64,000 nt of DNA from Escherichia coli (GCF_003334815.1 NZ_QOWO01000015.1); one strand, 5' to 3'. Shown: positions 41,489 through 55,916, counted from the first letter of the stretch. The notes: generated by a model not told the origin, from the letters alone. Numbers and translations: made by a program.

Positions 41489-42715
41489 ATGGATAAACTA
41501 CTTGAGCGATTTTTGAACTACGTGTCTCTGGATACCCAATCAAAAGCAGGGGTGAGACAGGTTCCCAGCACGGAAGGCCAATGGAAGTTATTGCATCTGC
41601 TGAAAGAGCAGCTCGAAGAGATGGGGCTTATCAATGTGACCTTAAGTGAGAAGGGCACTTTGATGGCGACGTTACCGGCTAACGTCCCTGGCGATATCCC
41701 GGCGATTGGCTTTATTTCTCATGTGGATACCTCACCGGATTGCAGCGGCAAAAATGTGAATCCGCAAATTGTTGAAAACTATCGCGGTGGCGATATTGCG
41801 CTGGGTATCGGCGATGAAGTTTTATCACCGGTTATGTTCCCGGTGCTGCATCAGCTACTGGGTCAGACGCTGATTACCACCGATGGTAAAACCTTGTTAG
41901 GTGCCGATGACAAAGCAGGTATTGCAGAAATCATGACCGCGCTGGCGGTATTGCAACAGAAAAAAATTCCGCATGGTGATATTCGCGTCGCCTTTACCCC
42001 GGATGAAGAAGTGGGCAAAGGGGCGAAACATTTTGATGTTGACGCCTTCGATGCCCGCTGGGCTTACACTGTTGATGGTGGTGGCGTAGGCGAACTGGAG
42101 TTTGAAAACTTCAACGCCGCGTCGGTCAATATCAAAATTGTCGGTAACAATGTTCATCCGGGCACGGCGAAAGGAGTGATGGTAAATGCGCTGTCGCTGG
42201 CGGCACGTATTCATGCGGAAGTTCCGGCGGATGAAAGCCCGGAAATGACAGAAGGCTATGAAGGTTTCTATCATCTGGCGAGCATGAAAGGCACCGTTGA
42301 ACGGGCCGATATGCACTACATCATCCGTGATTTCGACCGTAAACAGTTTGAAGCGCGTAAACGTAAAATGATGGAGATCGCCAAAAAAGTGGGCAAAGGG
42401 TTACATCCTGATTGCTACATTGAACTGGTGATTGAAGACAGTTACTACAATATGCGCGAGAAAGTGGTTGAGCATCCGCATATTCTCGATATCGCCCAGC
42501 AGGCGATGCGCGATTGCGATATTGAACCGGAACTGAAACCGATCCGCGGTGGTACCGACGGCGCGCAGTTGTCGTTTATGGGATTACCGTGCCCGAACCT
42601 GTTCACTGGCGGTTACAACTATCATGGTAAGCATGAGTTTGTGACTCTGGAAGGTATGGAAAAAGCGGTGCAGGTGATCGTCCGTATTGCCGAGTTAACG
42701 GCGCAACGGAAGTAA
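41489..42715 (+). CDS. pepT: Peptidase T (tripeptide aminopeptidase, M20B), 408 aa
   Basis: [18 protein letters not shown]... with M20 metal-ligand motifs ([15 protein letters not shown]). Confidence 0.92.
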
Positions 42716-42723
42716 GCGAAAAG

Positions 42724-42758
42724 GGATGCGGCATGTGATGCCGCATCCGGCTTAAATC
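42724..42758. terminator. Hairpin between convergent pepT and roxA; likely bidirectional terminator or REP-like
   Basis: Perfect 10-bp stem GGATGCGGCA...TGCCGCATCC; T-rich tract only on the minus-strand side. Confidence 0.45.
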
Positions 42759-42763
42759 CAAAC

Positions 42764-43885
42764 TTACCCTTCGAAGAACCAATACCCGCTATTGACCAGC
42801 GCCGCGAGCATCGCGAGGAATGACGGATCTTCCAGCGCATCGCCAAAATTCTCCGCAGTCAGCGCAATGTTGCTGGCGAGTGCATCCAGTGCCGGACGGT
42901 GCGGGGAATCGATCTTCTCACCATTGGCATACACGTCGTCGCCAATGCGCAATACGCGCAGACCACCCAGGCGCACCAGCACTTCACCTTGTTTCAGCGC
43001 ATCGTAGATTTCATCCGGCTGATAAGGCGGCTCTGGCGGCGCGATATCCAGTTCATGACGTGACTGGGATATAAACTCGCCAAACCATTGCTTAAAGTGT
43101 TCCGGCTGGTTGATCAATTCGAGCATCATCTCACGCAGTTTATCCATCTCTTGCGGCAGAACATCCGCAGGATGAGCGCGAGGTGGAACATCCGGATCGC
43201 TGTAGTAGTTGCCGCCCAGTTCACGTTGCAGCACATAATCGGCAAATCCACTAATCAGTTCCCGCGTATTTGGCGCGCGAAAGCCCACGGAATAGTTCAT
43301 CGCATTTTCCAGCGCGTAGCCTTCATGCGGGAATCCTGGCGGAATATAAAGAATATCACCAGGCTCCAGCTCTTCATCGATGATGGCTTCGAACGGATCG
43401 ACCTGTAACAGATCCGGATGTGGGCAGTGCTGTTTCATTTGCAGCTTTTCGCCCACTCGCCAGCGACGACGTCCGGTACCCTGAATGATAAACACGTCGT
43501 ACTGATCGAGATGCGGACCGACGCCGCCGCCGGGTACAGAAAAAGAAATCATCAGATCATCAATACGCCAGTCCGGTAGTTCACGGAACGGTCGCATCAG
43601 CGCGGCGGTCGGCTCATGCCAGTGGTTCACTGCCTGTACCAGTAATGACCAGTTGGTTTCACCGAGATGATCGTAGCTTTCGAACGGGCCGTGGCTGACC
43701 TGCCATTTGCCATCCTGGTGACTGACCAGTCGACTGTCAACTTCGCTTTCCATCGCCAGACCCGCCAACTCGTCTGGAGAGATCGGGTCAATAAAATTAT
43801 TAAAGCCGCGTTTTAACACCACCGGGCGTTTCTGCCAGTGACGTTCAAGAAAATCGGGCCAGTTAAGAGTGAGTTGGTATTCCAT
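42764..43885 (-). CDS. roxA: Ribosomal protein L16 Arg-hydroxylase (JmjC/cupin 2-OG oxygenase)
   Basis: Cupin JmjC-like sequence (formerly ycfD); start taken at MEYQLTLNW. Confidence 0.85.
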   Translation of the reverse strand: MEYQLTLNWPDFLERHWQKRPVVLKRGFNNFIDPISPDELAGLAMESEVDSRLVSHQDGKWQVSHGPFESYDHLGETNWSLLVQAVNHWHEPTAALMRPFRELPDWRIDDLMISFSVPGGGVGPHLDQYDVFIIQGTGRRRWRVGEKLQMKQHCPHPDLLQVDPFEAIIDEELEPGDILYIPPGFPHEGYALENAMNYSVGFRAPNTRELISGFADYVLQRELGGNYYSDPDVPPRAHPADVLPQEMDKLREMMLELINQPEHFKQWFGEFISQSRHELDIAPPEPPYQPDEIYDALKQGEVLVRLGGLRVLRIGDDVYANGEKIDSPHRPALDALASNIALTAENFGDALEDPSFLAMLAALVNSGYWFFEG

Positions 43886-43960
43886 GTTAAGCATCCACAG
43901 GCTGGTATCTGCAACCGATTATAACGGATGCTTAACGTAATGCGTGAAGTATGGGCATAT

Positions 43961-45421
43961 TTATTCATCTTTCGGCGCAGAATGCTGGCGACCAAAAATC
44001 ACCTCCATCCGCGCACCGCCCAGCATGCTCTCTCCGGCGACGATTTTACCCTCATATTGCTCGGTGATTTCGCGGGCTACCGCCAGCCCTACACCTTGCC
44101 CAGGGCGTAAAGTATCAACCCGTTGACCACGGTCGAAAATGACCTCTCGCTTGCTTAATGGAATACCGGGGCCATCATCCTCGACCACAATATAGAGATG
44201 CTCGTCGGTTTGCCTTGCAGAAATTTCGACAAACTCGAGGCAATATTTACAGGCATTATCCAGCACGTTGCCCATCACCTCGACAAAATCGTTCTGCTCA
44301 CCGACAAAGCTGATCTCTGGCGAAATATCGAGAGAGATATTGACCCCTTTGCGTTGATACACTTTGTTCAGCGCTGAGGTGAGATTGTCCAGCAGTGGGG
44401 CGACCGGATGCAGCTCGCGGCTGAGCAATGTCCCGCCGCGCATACTGGCACGATGCAGGTAGTAGCCAATTTGCTGTGAAATGCGGCTGATTTGCTCCAG
44501 CATTACCGGCTCAGCATCACTGACGCTCATCTTTTCACTACGCAGAGAACGCAGCGTACTTTGCAGCACCGCCAGTGGCGTTTTCAGACTATGGGTCAGG
44601 TCGGTGAGCGTCGTACGGTATTTGTCGTAACGTTCGCGTTCACTTTTTAACAATCGGTTCAGGTTTCGTACCAGACTGGTCAGTTCTCGCGTTGTGGCTG
44701 GATTGAGCAATTCGCGGTTATGTTCTTCCAGTTCGCGGACTTCTTTTGCCAGGGCTTCGATGGGGCGTAAACTCCACCAGGCGGCGACCCACAGCAGCGG
44801 GATCACTAACAGCAGATTGGCTGAGAGCACATAGATAAACCAGCTCCAGACCATATAGGAACTTTTTAGCTCCACCGGAATGGTATCCACCACCACAATG
44901 GTTAATTTTGGCATCCGCGATGTTGCCGGGTAGACGTTTACTGCCACCGAGTGGGTCATCTCCGCGTCGTCATCATCTTCCCGCACTTCCTGCAACTGTT
45001 GCTGTATCGAATGATCTCCACTCAGCAAGAGGCTGGTATCGTTAACATCCGCTTCAATTTCATGAAAACCATTCGATTTCAGCCAGTCAGGCTGGATCAT
45101 CTTCATCAGCCAGGGCACGTCACGTTGCGCCCATAAAAGCTGCCCGTTCTCATCATAAATTAGCGTCATGGTGGGGCTTTGCTTGTCGATATTTTCGGGT
45201 AACTCGACATGCAACTTATTGTTTTCCCACTTCGCAAGGGTATAGAACAGATTGCTCTCGCCACGTAACAGCCGAAACGTAGTTTTATCGAAACTGACGC
45301 TATAACCGATCAGCGCGACCATTCCGTAGGCAAGCGAAAGCACCAGTACTACCGCTGCCGTTGCCAACAGAAAACGTACCCGCAGCGAGAGCGGGAAAAA
45401 AAGACGCAGTAATTTTTTCAT
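43961..45421 (-). CDS. phoQ: Mg2+/antimicrobial-peptide sensor histidine kinase PhoQ, 486 aa
   Basis: Two TM segments flanking a periplasmic domain, HAMP, H-box ([12 protein letters not shown]), ATP-binding G-boxes. Confidence 0.95.
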   Translation of the reverse strand: MKKLLRLFFPLSLRVRFLLATAAVVLVLSLAYGMVALIGYSVSFDKTTFRLLRGESNLFYTLAKWENNKLHVELPENIDKQSPTMTLIYDENGQLLWAQRDVPWLMKMIQPDWLKSNGFHEIEADVNDTSLLLSGDHSIQQQLQEVREDDDDAEMTHSVAVNVYPATSRMPKLTIVVVDTIPVELKSSYMVWSWFIYVLSANLLLVIPLLWVAAWWSLRPIEALAKEVRELEEHNRELLNPATTRELTSLVRNLNRLLKSERERYDKYRTTLTDLTHSLKTPLAVLQSTLRSLRSEKMSVSDAEPVMLEQISRISQQIGYYLHRASMRGGTLLSRELHPVAPLLDNLTSALNKVYQRKGVNISLDISPEISFVGEQNDFVEVMGNVLDNACKYCLEFVEISARQTDEHLYIVVEDDGPGIPLSKREVIFDRGQRVDTLRPGQGVGLAVAREITEQYEGKIVAGESMLGGARMEVIFGRQHSAPKDE

Positions 45422-46092
45422 CAGCGCAATTCGAACAGATAGCCCTGGCCGCGAACGGTGGTAATCACTTCTTGGGGATATTGTGCCTGAATTTTTTTGC
45501 GCAGACGTCCCATCAGTACATCAATGGTATGGCTTTCCCGCAGCTCCGCATCCGGATAGAGTTGGAGCATTAACGAATCTTTGCTGACCACTTTGCCATT
45601 ATTGCGTATCAACGTTTCCATAATGGTGTATTCGAACGCGGTCAGTTTGATCACTTCGTCATTAATAGATAATTCACGGCGAGAGAGATCAACCTGAAAC
45701 GGGGGGAGCGAAATGACCTGTGAAGCCAGACCGCTATTACGCCGCATTAATGCCTGCATTCGCGCCATCACCTCTTCAATATGAAACGGTTTAGTCACAT
45801 AATCATCAGCACCGGCACTTAATACTTCGACTTTGTCCTGCCAGCTTTCACGGGCGGTTAATACCAGAATCGGCAGTGAAACATCGTTGCTACGCCAGCG
45901 GCGAATCAGTGACAGACCGTCCTCGTCTGGCAATCCGAGATCGACAATCGCAATATCCGGTATATGTTCATTGAGATAATAATCGGCTTCTTTGGCATCT
46001 TCTGCGTCATCGACCTGATGACCAGCATCCTGAATCTGAACTTTAAGGTGGTGACGTAACAACGCATTGTCTTCAACAACCAGTACGCGCAT
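45421..46092 (-). CDS. phoP: Response regulator PhoP (OmpR family), 223 aa
   Basis: Receiver domain plus winged-helix output domain; stop overlaps the phoQ start. Confidence 0.95.
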   Translation of the reverse strand: MRVLVVEDNALLRHHLKVQIQDAGHQVDDAEDAKEADYYLNEHIPDIAIVDLGLPDEDGLSLIRRWRSNDVSLPILVLTARESWQDKVEVLSAGADDYVTKPFHIEEVMARMQALMRRNSGLASQVISLPPFQVDLSRRELSINDEVIKLTAFEYTIMETLIRNNGKVVSKDSLMLQLYPDAELRESHTIDVLMGRLRKKIQAQYPQEVITTVRGQGYLFELR

Positions 46093-46152
46093 TTTTATTT
46101 CTCCCTGTCTTAATTATTAAAATAGTGTAACGCGATTATGTGGTTATGGGGG

Positions 46153-46169
46153 TAAACATTAAATAAACC
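46153..46169 (-). promoter_or_regulatory. PhoP box upstream of phoPQ (autoregulated promoter)
   Basis: Minus strand reads GGTTTA-TTTAA-TGTTTA, a perfect (T/G)GTTTA-N5-(T/G)GTTTA direct repeat about 60-77 bp upstream of the phoP start. Confidence 0.8.
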
Positions 46170-46260
46170 AGCGGGGAGGGGAGGTAAAGTGAAAAAATAA
46201 AAAGCGGATAATCTTAATAAGCAGGCCGGACAGCATCGCCATCCGGCACTGATACGAGGT

Positions 46261-47634
<1,374 letters not shown>

Positions 47635-48276
47635 TCACAACTCCGGGGTTAAATGAGCAAGAATTTGTTTTGCCTGAGTGGTCAGGCGATTACGAGAAAA
47701 CATCAGTTGCAGACGTCCGCCGCCGACCTGGTGCCAGAGCACGGCGGCGCGAATGCCTGCCAGCAGGGTTGCGCGAACTTTCGCCTGCACTTGTGGGCTT
47801 TGCAGTACAGCAGGGGAACCGGTGACCTGAATGCGCGGGCCAAGCGGGCTAATCACATCAACATAGATAGCAGCCATCGCGCTCATCAGCGTTTCGGACT
47901 GTAAATCGAAGTGTTCGAGCTGGCGTTGCAGGCCGTTGATCCGGTTGCCCAGAGTGTCGAGCGCGCCTTTCGCTGAGGAGAGTTTGCGCTCAAGCACCAT
48001 CAAGCTGAGTGTGTAGCGGGTTAATTCGGCGTTTAAGCCCTGGCGACTGCTGGCATTGAGCACGCCGAGCAGGGTTTCCAGCCCGACGCGCAGGTTGGCT
48101 TCGCTACCGCCAAAAACCGCCAGCGTCGAGCTGGGGTTCATATCAATAATACTGTTGAGTGAGACGTGTAGCGCATCGGCATCACAATGCCCCTGGTGAG
48201 CGAGTTGTTGCACCAGGCGTGCCGACTGACAAATACCGGCCAGGGCGAGGGTGATGTCATAGTAATTCTTTGCCAC
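47635..48276 (-). CDS. hflD: High-frequency lysogenization protein HflD (start 48276 or 48282)
   Basis: 213-215-aa ORF immediately downstream of mnmA on the same strand. Confidence 0.85.
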   Translation of the reverse strand: MAKNYYDITLALAGICQSARLVQQLAHQGHCDADALHVSLNSIIDMNPSSTLAVFGGSEANLRVGLETLLGVLNASSRQGLNAELTRYTLSLMVLERKLSSAKGALDTLGNRINGLQRQLEHFDLQSETLMSAMAAIYVDVISPLGPRIQVTGSPAVLQSPQVQAKVRATLLAGIRAAVLWHQVGGGRLQLMFSRNRLTTQAKQILAHLTPEL

Positions 48277-48311
48277 GTTCACTGCTTCCTTGTTTTAAGT
48301 AAAGATAATAA

Positions 48312-49933
<1,622 letters not shown>

Positions 49934-49942
49934 TTTGCATCC

Positions 49943-50596
49943 TTAATCTGTCACTTCTCGCCATTCACCATTGGCAAGATTATCCAAAGAGTAATCACCC
50001 ATCGCATAGCGAATCAGTCGCAGCGTGGGGAAGCCAACATGGGCGGTCATGCGGCGCACCTGGCGATTACGTCCTTCATATAAGGTGATCTTCAGCCAGC
50101 TGGTGGGAATACTTTTGCGTTCACGAATTGGTGGATTCCGCGGCCATAACCACGCGGGTTCGTCAACCAGCTCCGCGCCGGCGGGCAGGGTAGGGCCATC
50201 ATTTAAGGTTACGCCATTGCGCAAGGCTTCAAGTGCGTCTTGTGTGGGAATACCTTCCACCTGCACATAATAGATTTTTCCGGTGCGTTTACCCGGCTGG
50301 GTTAAACGCGCCTGCAACGCGCCGTTATTGGTCAGCACCAGCAACCCTTCGCTATCGCGGTCAAGGCGACCTGCTGCATAAACACCCTGAACCGGGATGA
50401 ATTCTTTTAATGTTTTGCGTCCGGCTTCATCGGTGAACTGCGGAAGAACATCGTAGGGTTTATTGAACAGGATCACACGCGTGGGCTGGTTTTCAGGTTT
50501 ACGCCTGGTAGAACGTTGCGAGCTGAATCGCTTAACCTGGTGATTTCTAAAAGAAGTTTTTTGCATGGTATTTTCAGAGATTATGAATTGCCGCAT
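49943..50596 (-). CDS. rluE: 23S rRNA pseudouridine synthase RluE, 217 aa
   Basis: RsuA-family pseudouridine synthase motif ([15 protein letters not shown]). Confidence 0.9.
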
Positions 50597-50767
50597 TATA
50601 GCCTAATAACGCGCATCTTTCATGACGGCAAACAATAGGGTAGTATTGACAAGCCAATTACAAATCATTAACAAAAAATTGCTCTAAAGCATCCGTATCG
50701 CAGGACGCAAACGCATATGCAACGTGGTGGCAGACGAGCAAACCAGTAGCGCTCGAAGGAGAGGTGA

Positions 50768-52018
50768 ATGGAAAGTAAAGTAGTTGTTCCGGCACAAGGC
50801 AAGAAGATCACCCTGCAAAACGGCAAACTCAACGTTCCTGAAAATCCGATTATCCCTTACATTGAAGGTGATGGAATCGGTGTAGATGTAACCCCAGCCA
50901 TGCTGAAAGTGGTCGACGCTGCAGTCGAGAAAGCCTATAAAGGCGAGCGTAAAATCTCCTGGATGGAAATTTACACCGGTGAAAAATCCACACAGGTTTA
51001 TGGTCAGGACGTCTGGCTGCCTGCTGAAACTCTTGATCTGATTCGTGAATATCGCGTTGCCATTAAAGGTCCGCTGACCACTCCGGTTGGTGGCGGTATT
51101 CGCTCTCTGAACGTTGCCCTGCGCCAGGAACTGGATCTCTACATCTGCCTGCGTCCGGTACGTTACTATCAGGGCACTCCAAGCCCGGTTAAACACCCTG
51201 AACTGACCGATATGGTTATCTTCCGTGAAAACTCGGAAGACATTTATGCGGGTATCGAATGGAAAGCAGACTCTGCCGACGCCGAGAAAGTGATTAAATT
51301 CCTGCGTGAAGAGATGGGGGTGAAGAAAATTCGCTTCCCGGAACATTGTGGTATCGGTATTAAGCCGTGTTCGGAAGAAGGCACCAAACGTCTGGTTCGT
51401 GCAGCGATCGAATACGCAATTGCTAACGATCGTGACTCTGTGACTCTGGTGCACAAAGGCAACATCATGAAGTTCACCGAAGGAGCGTTTAAAGACTGGG
51501 GCTACCAGCTGGCGCGTGAAGAGTTTGGCGGTGAACTGATCGACGGTGGCCCGTGGCTGAAAGTTAAAAACCCGAACACTGGCAAAGAGATCGTCATTAA
51601 AGACGTGATTGCTGATGCATTCCTGCAACAGATCCTGCTGCGTCCGGCTGAATATGATGTTATCGCCTGTATGAACCTGAACGGTGACTACATTTCTGAC
51701 GCCCTGGCAGCGCAGGTTGGCGGTATCGGTATCGCCCCTGGTGCAAACATCGGTGACGAATGCGCCCTGTTTGAAGCCACCCACGGTACTGCGCCGAAAT
51801 ATGCCGGTCAGGACAAAGTAAATCCTGGCTCTATTATTCTCTCCGCTGAGATGATGCTGCGCCATATGGGTTGGACTGAAGCGGCTGACCTGATTGTTAA
51901 AGGTATGGAAGGCGCAATCAATGCCAAGACCGTAACTTATGACTTCGAACGTCTGATGGAAGGCGCTAAGCTGCTGAAATGTTCAGAGTTTGGTGAAGCG
52001 ATCATCGAAAACATGTAA
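50768..52018 (+). CDS. icd: NADP-dependent isocitrate dehydrogenase, 416 aa, uninterrupted
   Basis: Full-length [41 protein letters not shown]... with a native C-terminus and terminator; no prophage junction. Confidence 0.96.
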   Translation: MESKVVVPAQGKKITLQNGKLNVPENPIIPYIEGDGIGVDVTPAMLKVVDAAVEKAYKGERKISWMEIYTGEKSTQVYGQDVWLPAETLDLIREYRVAIKGPLTTPVGGGIRSLNVALRQELDLYICLRPVRYYQGTPSPVKHPELTDMVIFRENSEDIYAGIEWKADSADAEKVIKFLREEMGVKKIRFPEHCGIGIKPCSEEGTKRLVRAAIEYAIANDRDSVTLVHKGNIMKFTEGAFKDWGYQLAREEFGGELIDGGPWLKVKNPNTGKEIVIKDVIADAFLQQILLRPAEYDVIACMNLNGDYISDALAAQVGGIGIAPGANIGDECALFEATHGTAPKYAGQDKVNPGSIILSAEMMLRHMGWTEAADLIVKGMEGAINAKTVTYDFERLMEGAKLLKCSEFGEAIIENM

Positions 52019-52039
52019 TCTCTCCATGTGTTAAATATT

Positions 52040-52073
52040 GAAACGGGCGTATAACACGCCCGTTGTTTTATTT
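52040..52073 (+). terminator. icd intrinsic terminator
   Basis: Hairpin AACGGGCG-TATAACA-CGCCCGTT followed by GTTTTATTTA. Confidence 0.65.
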
Positions 52074-52120
52074 ATGTGGATATTATTAATAGCATATCGA
52101 GCATATTTATATGAAGCCCA

Positions 52121-52444
52121 TTACTTGAGCCCATATGGGCATATTTTTATAATGCAACTATTATGTAAACATTTATTTGTTATTTTGCTTTCTCCTGGAG
52201 GACACTCTTGACTGCTTTTGAGTAAACTCCATAAATCCTTGTTGAATGGTGCGATGTGATAAATAGTAATAGGATATTCTTTATCCTTAAGGATAATACC
52301 AGACTTAACCGGTGTAAATATACTGCCAGGAGGGAGAAATATAGTAGATTGATACCAGATGATCATTTTCATATTACCCCATATGGCTGAAAAAGATATA
52401 CCACATGTAGGTTGAATTACCGTGTCAATTACTATCCACTTCAT
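52121..52444 (-). CDS. iraM: Anti-adaptor protein IraM (RpoS stabiliser under Mg2+ starvation), 107 aa
   Basis: 107-aa [15 protein letters not shown]...CPYGLK recognised as IraM (YcgW); low-GC coding sequence. Confidence 0.85.
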   Translation of the reverse strand: MKWIVIDTVIQPTCGISFSAIWGNMKMIIWYQSTIFLPPGSIFTPVKSGIILKDKEYPITIYHIAPFNKDLWSLLKSSQECPPGESKITNKCLHNSCIIKICPYGLK

Positions 52445-53143
52445 TTGTTATGTCTTATCCCACGGTATTTAATATGGTTCATTAGGATGTTTATTTCTTG
52501 ATTTTGCATATGAGTATATTACCCCCCCCTCAAAAAAATAAATTAATTAAAATGATGGCTTATATAAAATAAAATTTAAAGCAAGGAATCTCAATGGATG
52601 TTAAACAAAATGAGATTTTGTGAAAGCAATAAATTATTGACTTCGTTTTAGATTTGTTTAGCTATAATGTTATACATTCAAATGACTGAACATCCTGTAA
52701 TTAAAACATAGCCTTTATGCTACTTTGTGCCAATTTGCTAAACATTATGGTTGCCTTTTTATATAACGATAATAATGAATATAAGCATGACATGAGAATA
52801 AGGTTTCAATTTTTGAGTTATATAGGAATGATTTAACCTGTTCCTGGCTAAAATACATATAACCGGATGATGACTAAACCAAAATACATGTGCGTTAAGT
52901 ATTGAAACGGACGTGTGGCACGGCCGTTGTTTTTATAAATATGTTAACCGTTATAAAATAACGTATCAAAAGTCAAGTGATCACATTTCAAATATCAAGT
53001 TGATAGTATTAGTCTGGTGATTATTTATGGGTGACAATAAAAAGACAGTATTAATCATCCATAGAGATAGTCTCTGCACTTTTATTTCCATTATGCTAAT
53101 GCCTTACTGAATTATGAAGCATTTCTTAAGTATCCAACTTTAG

Positions 53144-53548
53144 CTAGATTAATGGTTTATTATTTTCTACATCTTCAATATATAAAAGCGTATTATCAAT
53201 GGCGTAGTAACTGCGTTTGTTATGATTAACATCAGTAACCCACCGGAAAACGCCCGCGCCTGCCAGTGTTGAACAGTATTCCCGAAATGTAGATTTTCCG
53301 CAAATATGAAGCAATGCGGCCTCTTTTATTTTAGCAGGGTTCTTGGTCGTACTAACTTTTAACAGGTTCCTGGTTCCTCTTAATAACAAAACCGTATCAT
53401 CGTGAGTAATAATTCTGATGTTATCCGTAGCCAGATAATAAATGTAATGTGCAATACGGTGATGTTTTAATTCTGAATAAAACCAGGAGAAGTTTTGCTC
53501 TTTTCTCACTTGCTCAAACATCTTTTGAAAAACAACGACCTGATCCAT
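53144..53548 (-). CDS. ycgX: DUF1398 protein YcgX, 134 aa
   Basis: 134-aa ORF in AT-rich context, upstream of bluR in the remembered K-12 order. Confidence 0.8.
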   Translation of the reverse strand: MDQVVVFQKMFEQVRKEQNFSWFYSELKHHRIAHYIYYLATDNIRIITHDDTVLLLRGTRNLLKVSTTKNPAKIKEAALLHICGKSTFREYCSTLAGAGVFRWVTDVNHNKRSYYAIDNTLLYIEDVENNKPLI

Positions 53549-53768
53549 CAGGATAATAACCTCTTGTTAGTTGTGAGACTGCGTAGTGTGCACGATCGGT
53601 TTTACCACTTCAATCTGGTCTGTCCTTTGGCTGTGATATGTACAGAGTGTGATAGAGGGAATATCTGAATTCTCCCGGTGAGCATTTTGCAACGGACCAG
53701 CTCCGGTACAAACGCTGTTGTGGGTTCAGATTATAACATTCTGTCTAAGGGGCGGGATAAAGGTGAAA

Positions 53769-54500
53769 TTAGGGGGCATGAAAGATGACTTTATAACCTT
53801 GCTCACCCCAGTGTTGTAAAAGTTCGTTTTGCCTTCTCGTTGGTGCCATGCCTGTCCAGACAATCAATGTTTGCGTCGGGAACAGTTCCGGGCGCGGCGA
53901 TTCAATGGGATCAGCAAGAACAGAAATGTGCCATCCTGACAATGATAAACGCCATGCTTCCAGCCACAATCGTGCTCTCTCTTCAACATTCCACGCCATC
54001 AGAATGGCTTCTTTACCGGGCTTACGGCGCATTTCGAAAAGCGAGGTTGCTGCGTATTCAATTAATGCGCCGTCAAACATACTGCTCATAATGCGGGAGG
54101 TGTTGTGATCAAGCACGAGACGCTGGCGAACAGGAAGGTAAACATGATTAATCAATTGATCTACTGGGTACTCTCGACCCAGTGAAATAATTCTCGCGCG
54201 TAGTTTGGCAGGATTAGCCATGCGAAGAATTGACATCATCTCTTCTTGCAGGCGGCTCCAGTCATCTTCCGTATCCTGGCTGGTGGTTTCCAGTAATGCT
54301 TTAACTTTGCCTACAGGGACGCCATTACTTATCCAACGCTTGATCTCTTCGATGCGTTGTATGTCTTCTTCATCAAAGAGTCGGTGTCCGCCTTCACTGC
54401 GCTGTGGTTTTAACAAACCGTAGCGGCGTTGCCAGGCCCGGAGAGTGACAGGATTAATCCCGCAACGTTCAGCAACATCACCAATGCTGTAATAAGCCAC
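53769..54500 (-). CDS. bluR: MerR-family repressor BluR (YcgE), 243 aa
   Basis: N-terminal MerR HTH ([40 protein letters not shown]). Confidence 0.9.
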
Positions 54501-54550
54501 AATTCCTCCTTGCGGTCACAAATCTCCGTCGCCTGTACACGACCCAATAA

Positions 54551-54586
54551 TACTTTGTACAATATACGCTAAAATTGTACAAAGTA
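54551..54586. promoter_or_regulatory. Perfect 13-bp inverted repeat TACTTTGTACAAT-N10-ATTGTACAAAGTA upstream of bluR (candidate operator, or bluF terminator)
   Basis: Read directly; lies 51-86 bp upstream of the bluR start and about 120 bp downstream of the bluF stop. Confidence 0.4.
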
Positions 54587-54704
54587 TAAATAAGATTTCA
54601 GCTAAATTGGATGAAACATTATTTTTAATGTGGATTAAATTTAAACGTAACGTATTCATTTTCACGATGATTTACTGAAATCATGTGAAAGAATGTGCTG
54701 AAAA

Positions 54705-55916
54705 TTATTTTTTCTCTGGCCACGCTATGGAAGGGATACCATTCAATTTAGCTTTAGCAAACAGATCTCCCTGAAACATCTCAATTCCTGCGGATTCAAG
54801 CCACATCCACTCTTCTGGTGTTGCCACGCCCATAGCACTGACTTGAATTTCAAGTGATGTACAGCATTTTATGATCGCCTGAATAATTGCCTGCCGTGGC
54901 CCACTTTTATGAACATTGGTAATCAATTCCTGACTGATTTTAATTCTGTCAGGCTGGAAGCGTGACAGGAGTAACAAACCAGCAAAACCTGCGCCAAAAT
55001 GATCAATTGCTACACTGATACCAGCAGCCTTTAGCGATTTAATCGCTTCGGCAAACTCATCAAACCGAGATATGACTTCACTTTCAGTAAATTCAACGAT
55101 GATTTGTTCAGGCACCAGAGCATTGGCCTTTATTTCATTAAGTAAAAAAGAGACTGCGTCAGGTTCGTTAACCAGGGTCATAGGTAATAGATTGATTGAA
55201 ATCATTTTATCACCGAGCTCAAGTGCGTGTGCCATCGTGAATGCAAGCGCCTTACTTTTGAGATCCGCTGTGTAGATTTCCCCGTCTTTACGCTGCCCAA
55301 CCGCTATGGCTGATGGGCTATCTTCATTTTTTTGCACAATGGCTTCAAAAGCGATTATCCGCCGCGATAAGGGATCGACAATAGGATGAAAGGCAAAGTG
55401 GTCGTTTATAGTTGGTGAAAGGGCACAGGAATCAAGTTCTTTATCAGATCCGTCAGCGATAAAAAGCCAGGAGTCTTCGGCAGGGATCTCGAAATAGGTT
55501 GATTGTTCGGTTGCAAGGACAAAAGTACGAAAAAATTGTAGCGCTCTGTCATCATAAGTTAGCTGAAATTTTGATGTGCCTTTGTCGAATACGGCCTGTA
55601 AAACGTCATCTCGCTCGTGCAGGCGCAAATCAAATAATTCCATTCCCGCTTTGCCAAAACGGCGAGCAGGCGCGTAATCGCACAGCAGCTCAACAATATT
55701 ATAGTGCCGTGGATCCTGGCATATAGCCCGATATATCATTTTAACCTGTTCTTCCGGACCTTCCAGAAGCTGGAAAAAATGAGAACCATTAAACAGTAAG
55801 ATCCCTGTTACGTCAGACTGCATGTTCCTGCGATTTGCTATCGAAACCATTTCTTCGATTTTTTTGACAGGTTCGTCGTCACGTATATGGCTACGATAAA
55901 TAAGGGTGGTAAGCAT
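54705..55916 (-). CDS. bluF: Blue-light sensor BluF (BLUF domain plus degenerate EAL domain), 403 aa
   Basis: N-terminal BLUF domain (MLTTLIYRSHI...) and C-terminal EAL-like domain; start at the internal ATG giving 403 aa. Confidence 0.9.
   Translation of the reverse strand: MLTTLIYRSHIRDDEPVKKIEEMVSIANRRNMQSDVTGILLFNGSHFFQLLEGPEEQVKMIYRAICQDPRHYNIVELLCDYAPARRFGKAGMELFDLRLHERDDVLQAVFDKGTSKFQLTYDDRALQFFRTFVLATEQSTYFEIPAEDSWLFIADGSDKELDSCALSPTINDHFAFHPIVDPLSRRIIAFEAIVQKNEDSPSAIAVGQRKDGEIYTADLKSKALAFTMAHALELGDKMISINLLPMTLVNEPDAVSFLLNEIKANALVPEQIIVEFTESEVISRFDEFAEAIKSLKAAGISVAIDHFGAGFAGLLLLSRFQPDRIKISQELITNVHKSGPRQAIIQAIIKCCTSLEIQVSAMGVATPEEWMWLESAGIEMFQGDLFAKAKLNGIPSIAWPEKK

Noticed and set aside
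50684-51865. 393-aa ORF on the minus strand
   Set aside because: Antisense shadow of icd; icd itself is clearly the real gene.
52019-53143. Possibility of a prophage remnant or integrase gene next to icd
   Set aside because: No integrase, recombinase or phage-like ORF is present; only the short repeat footprint and iraM were found.
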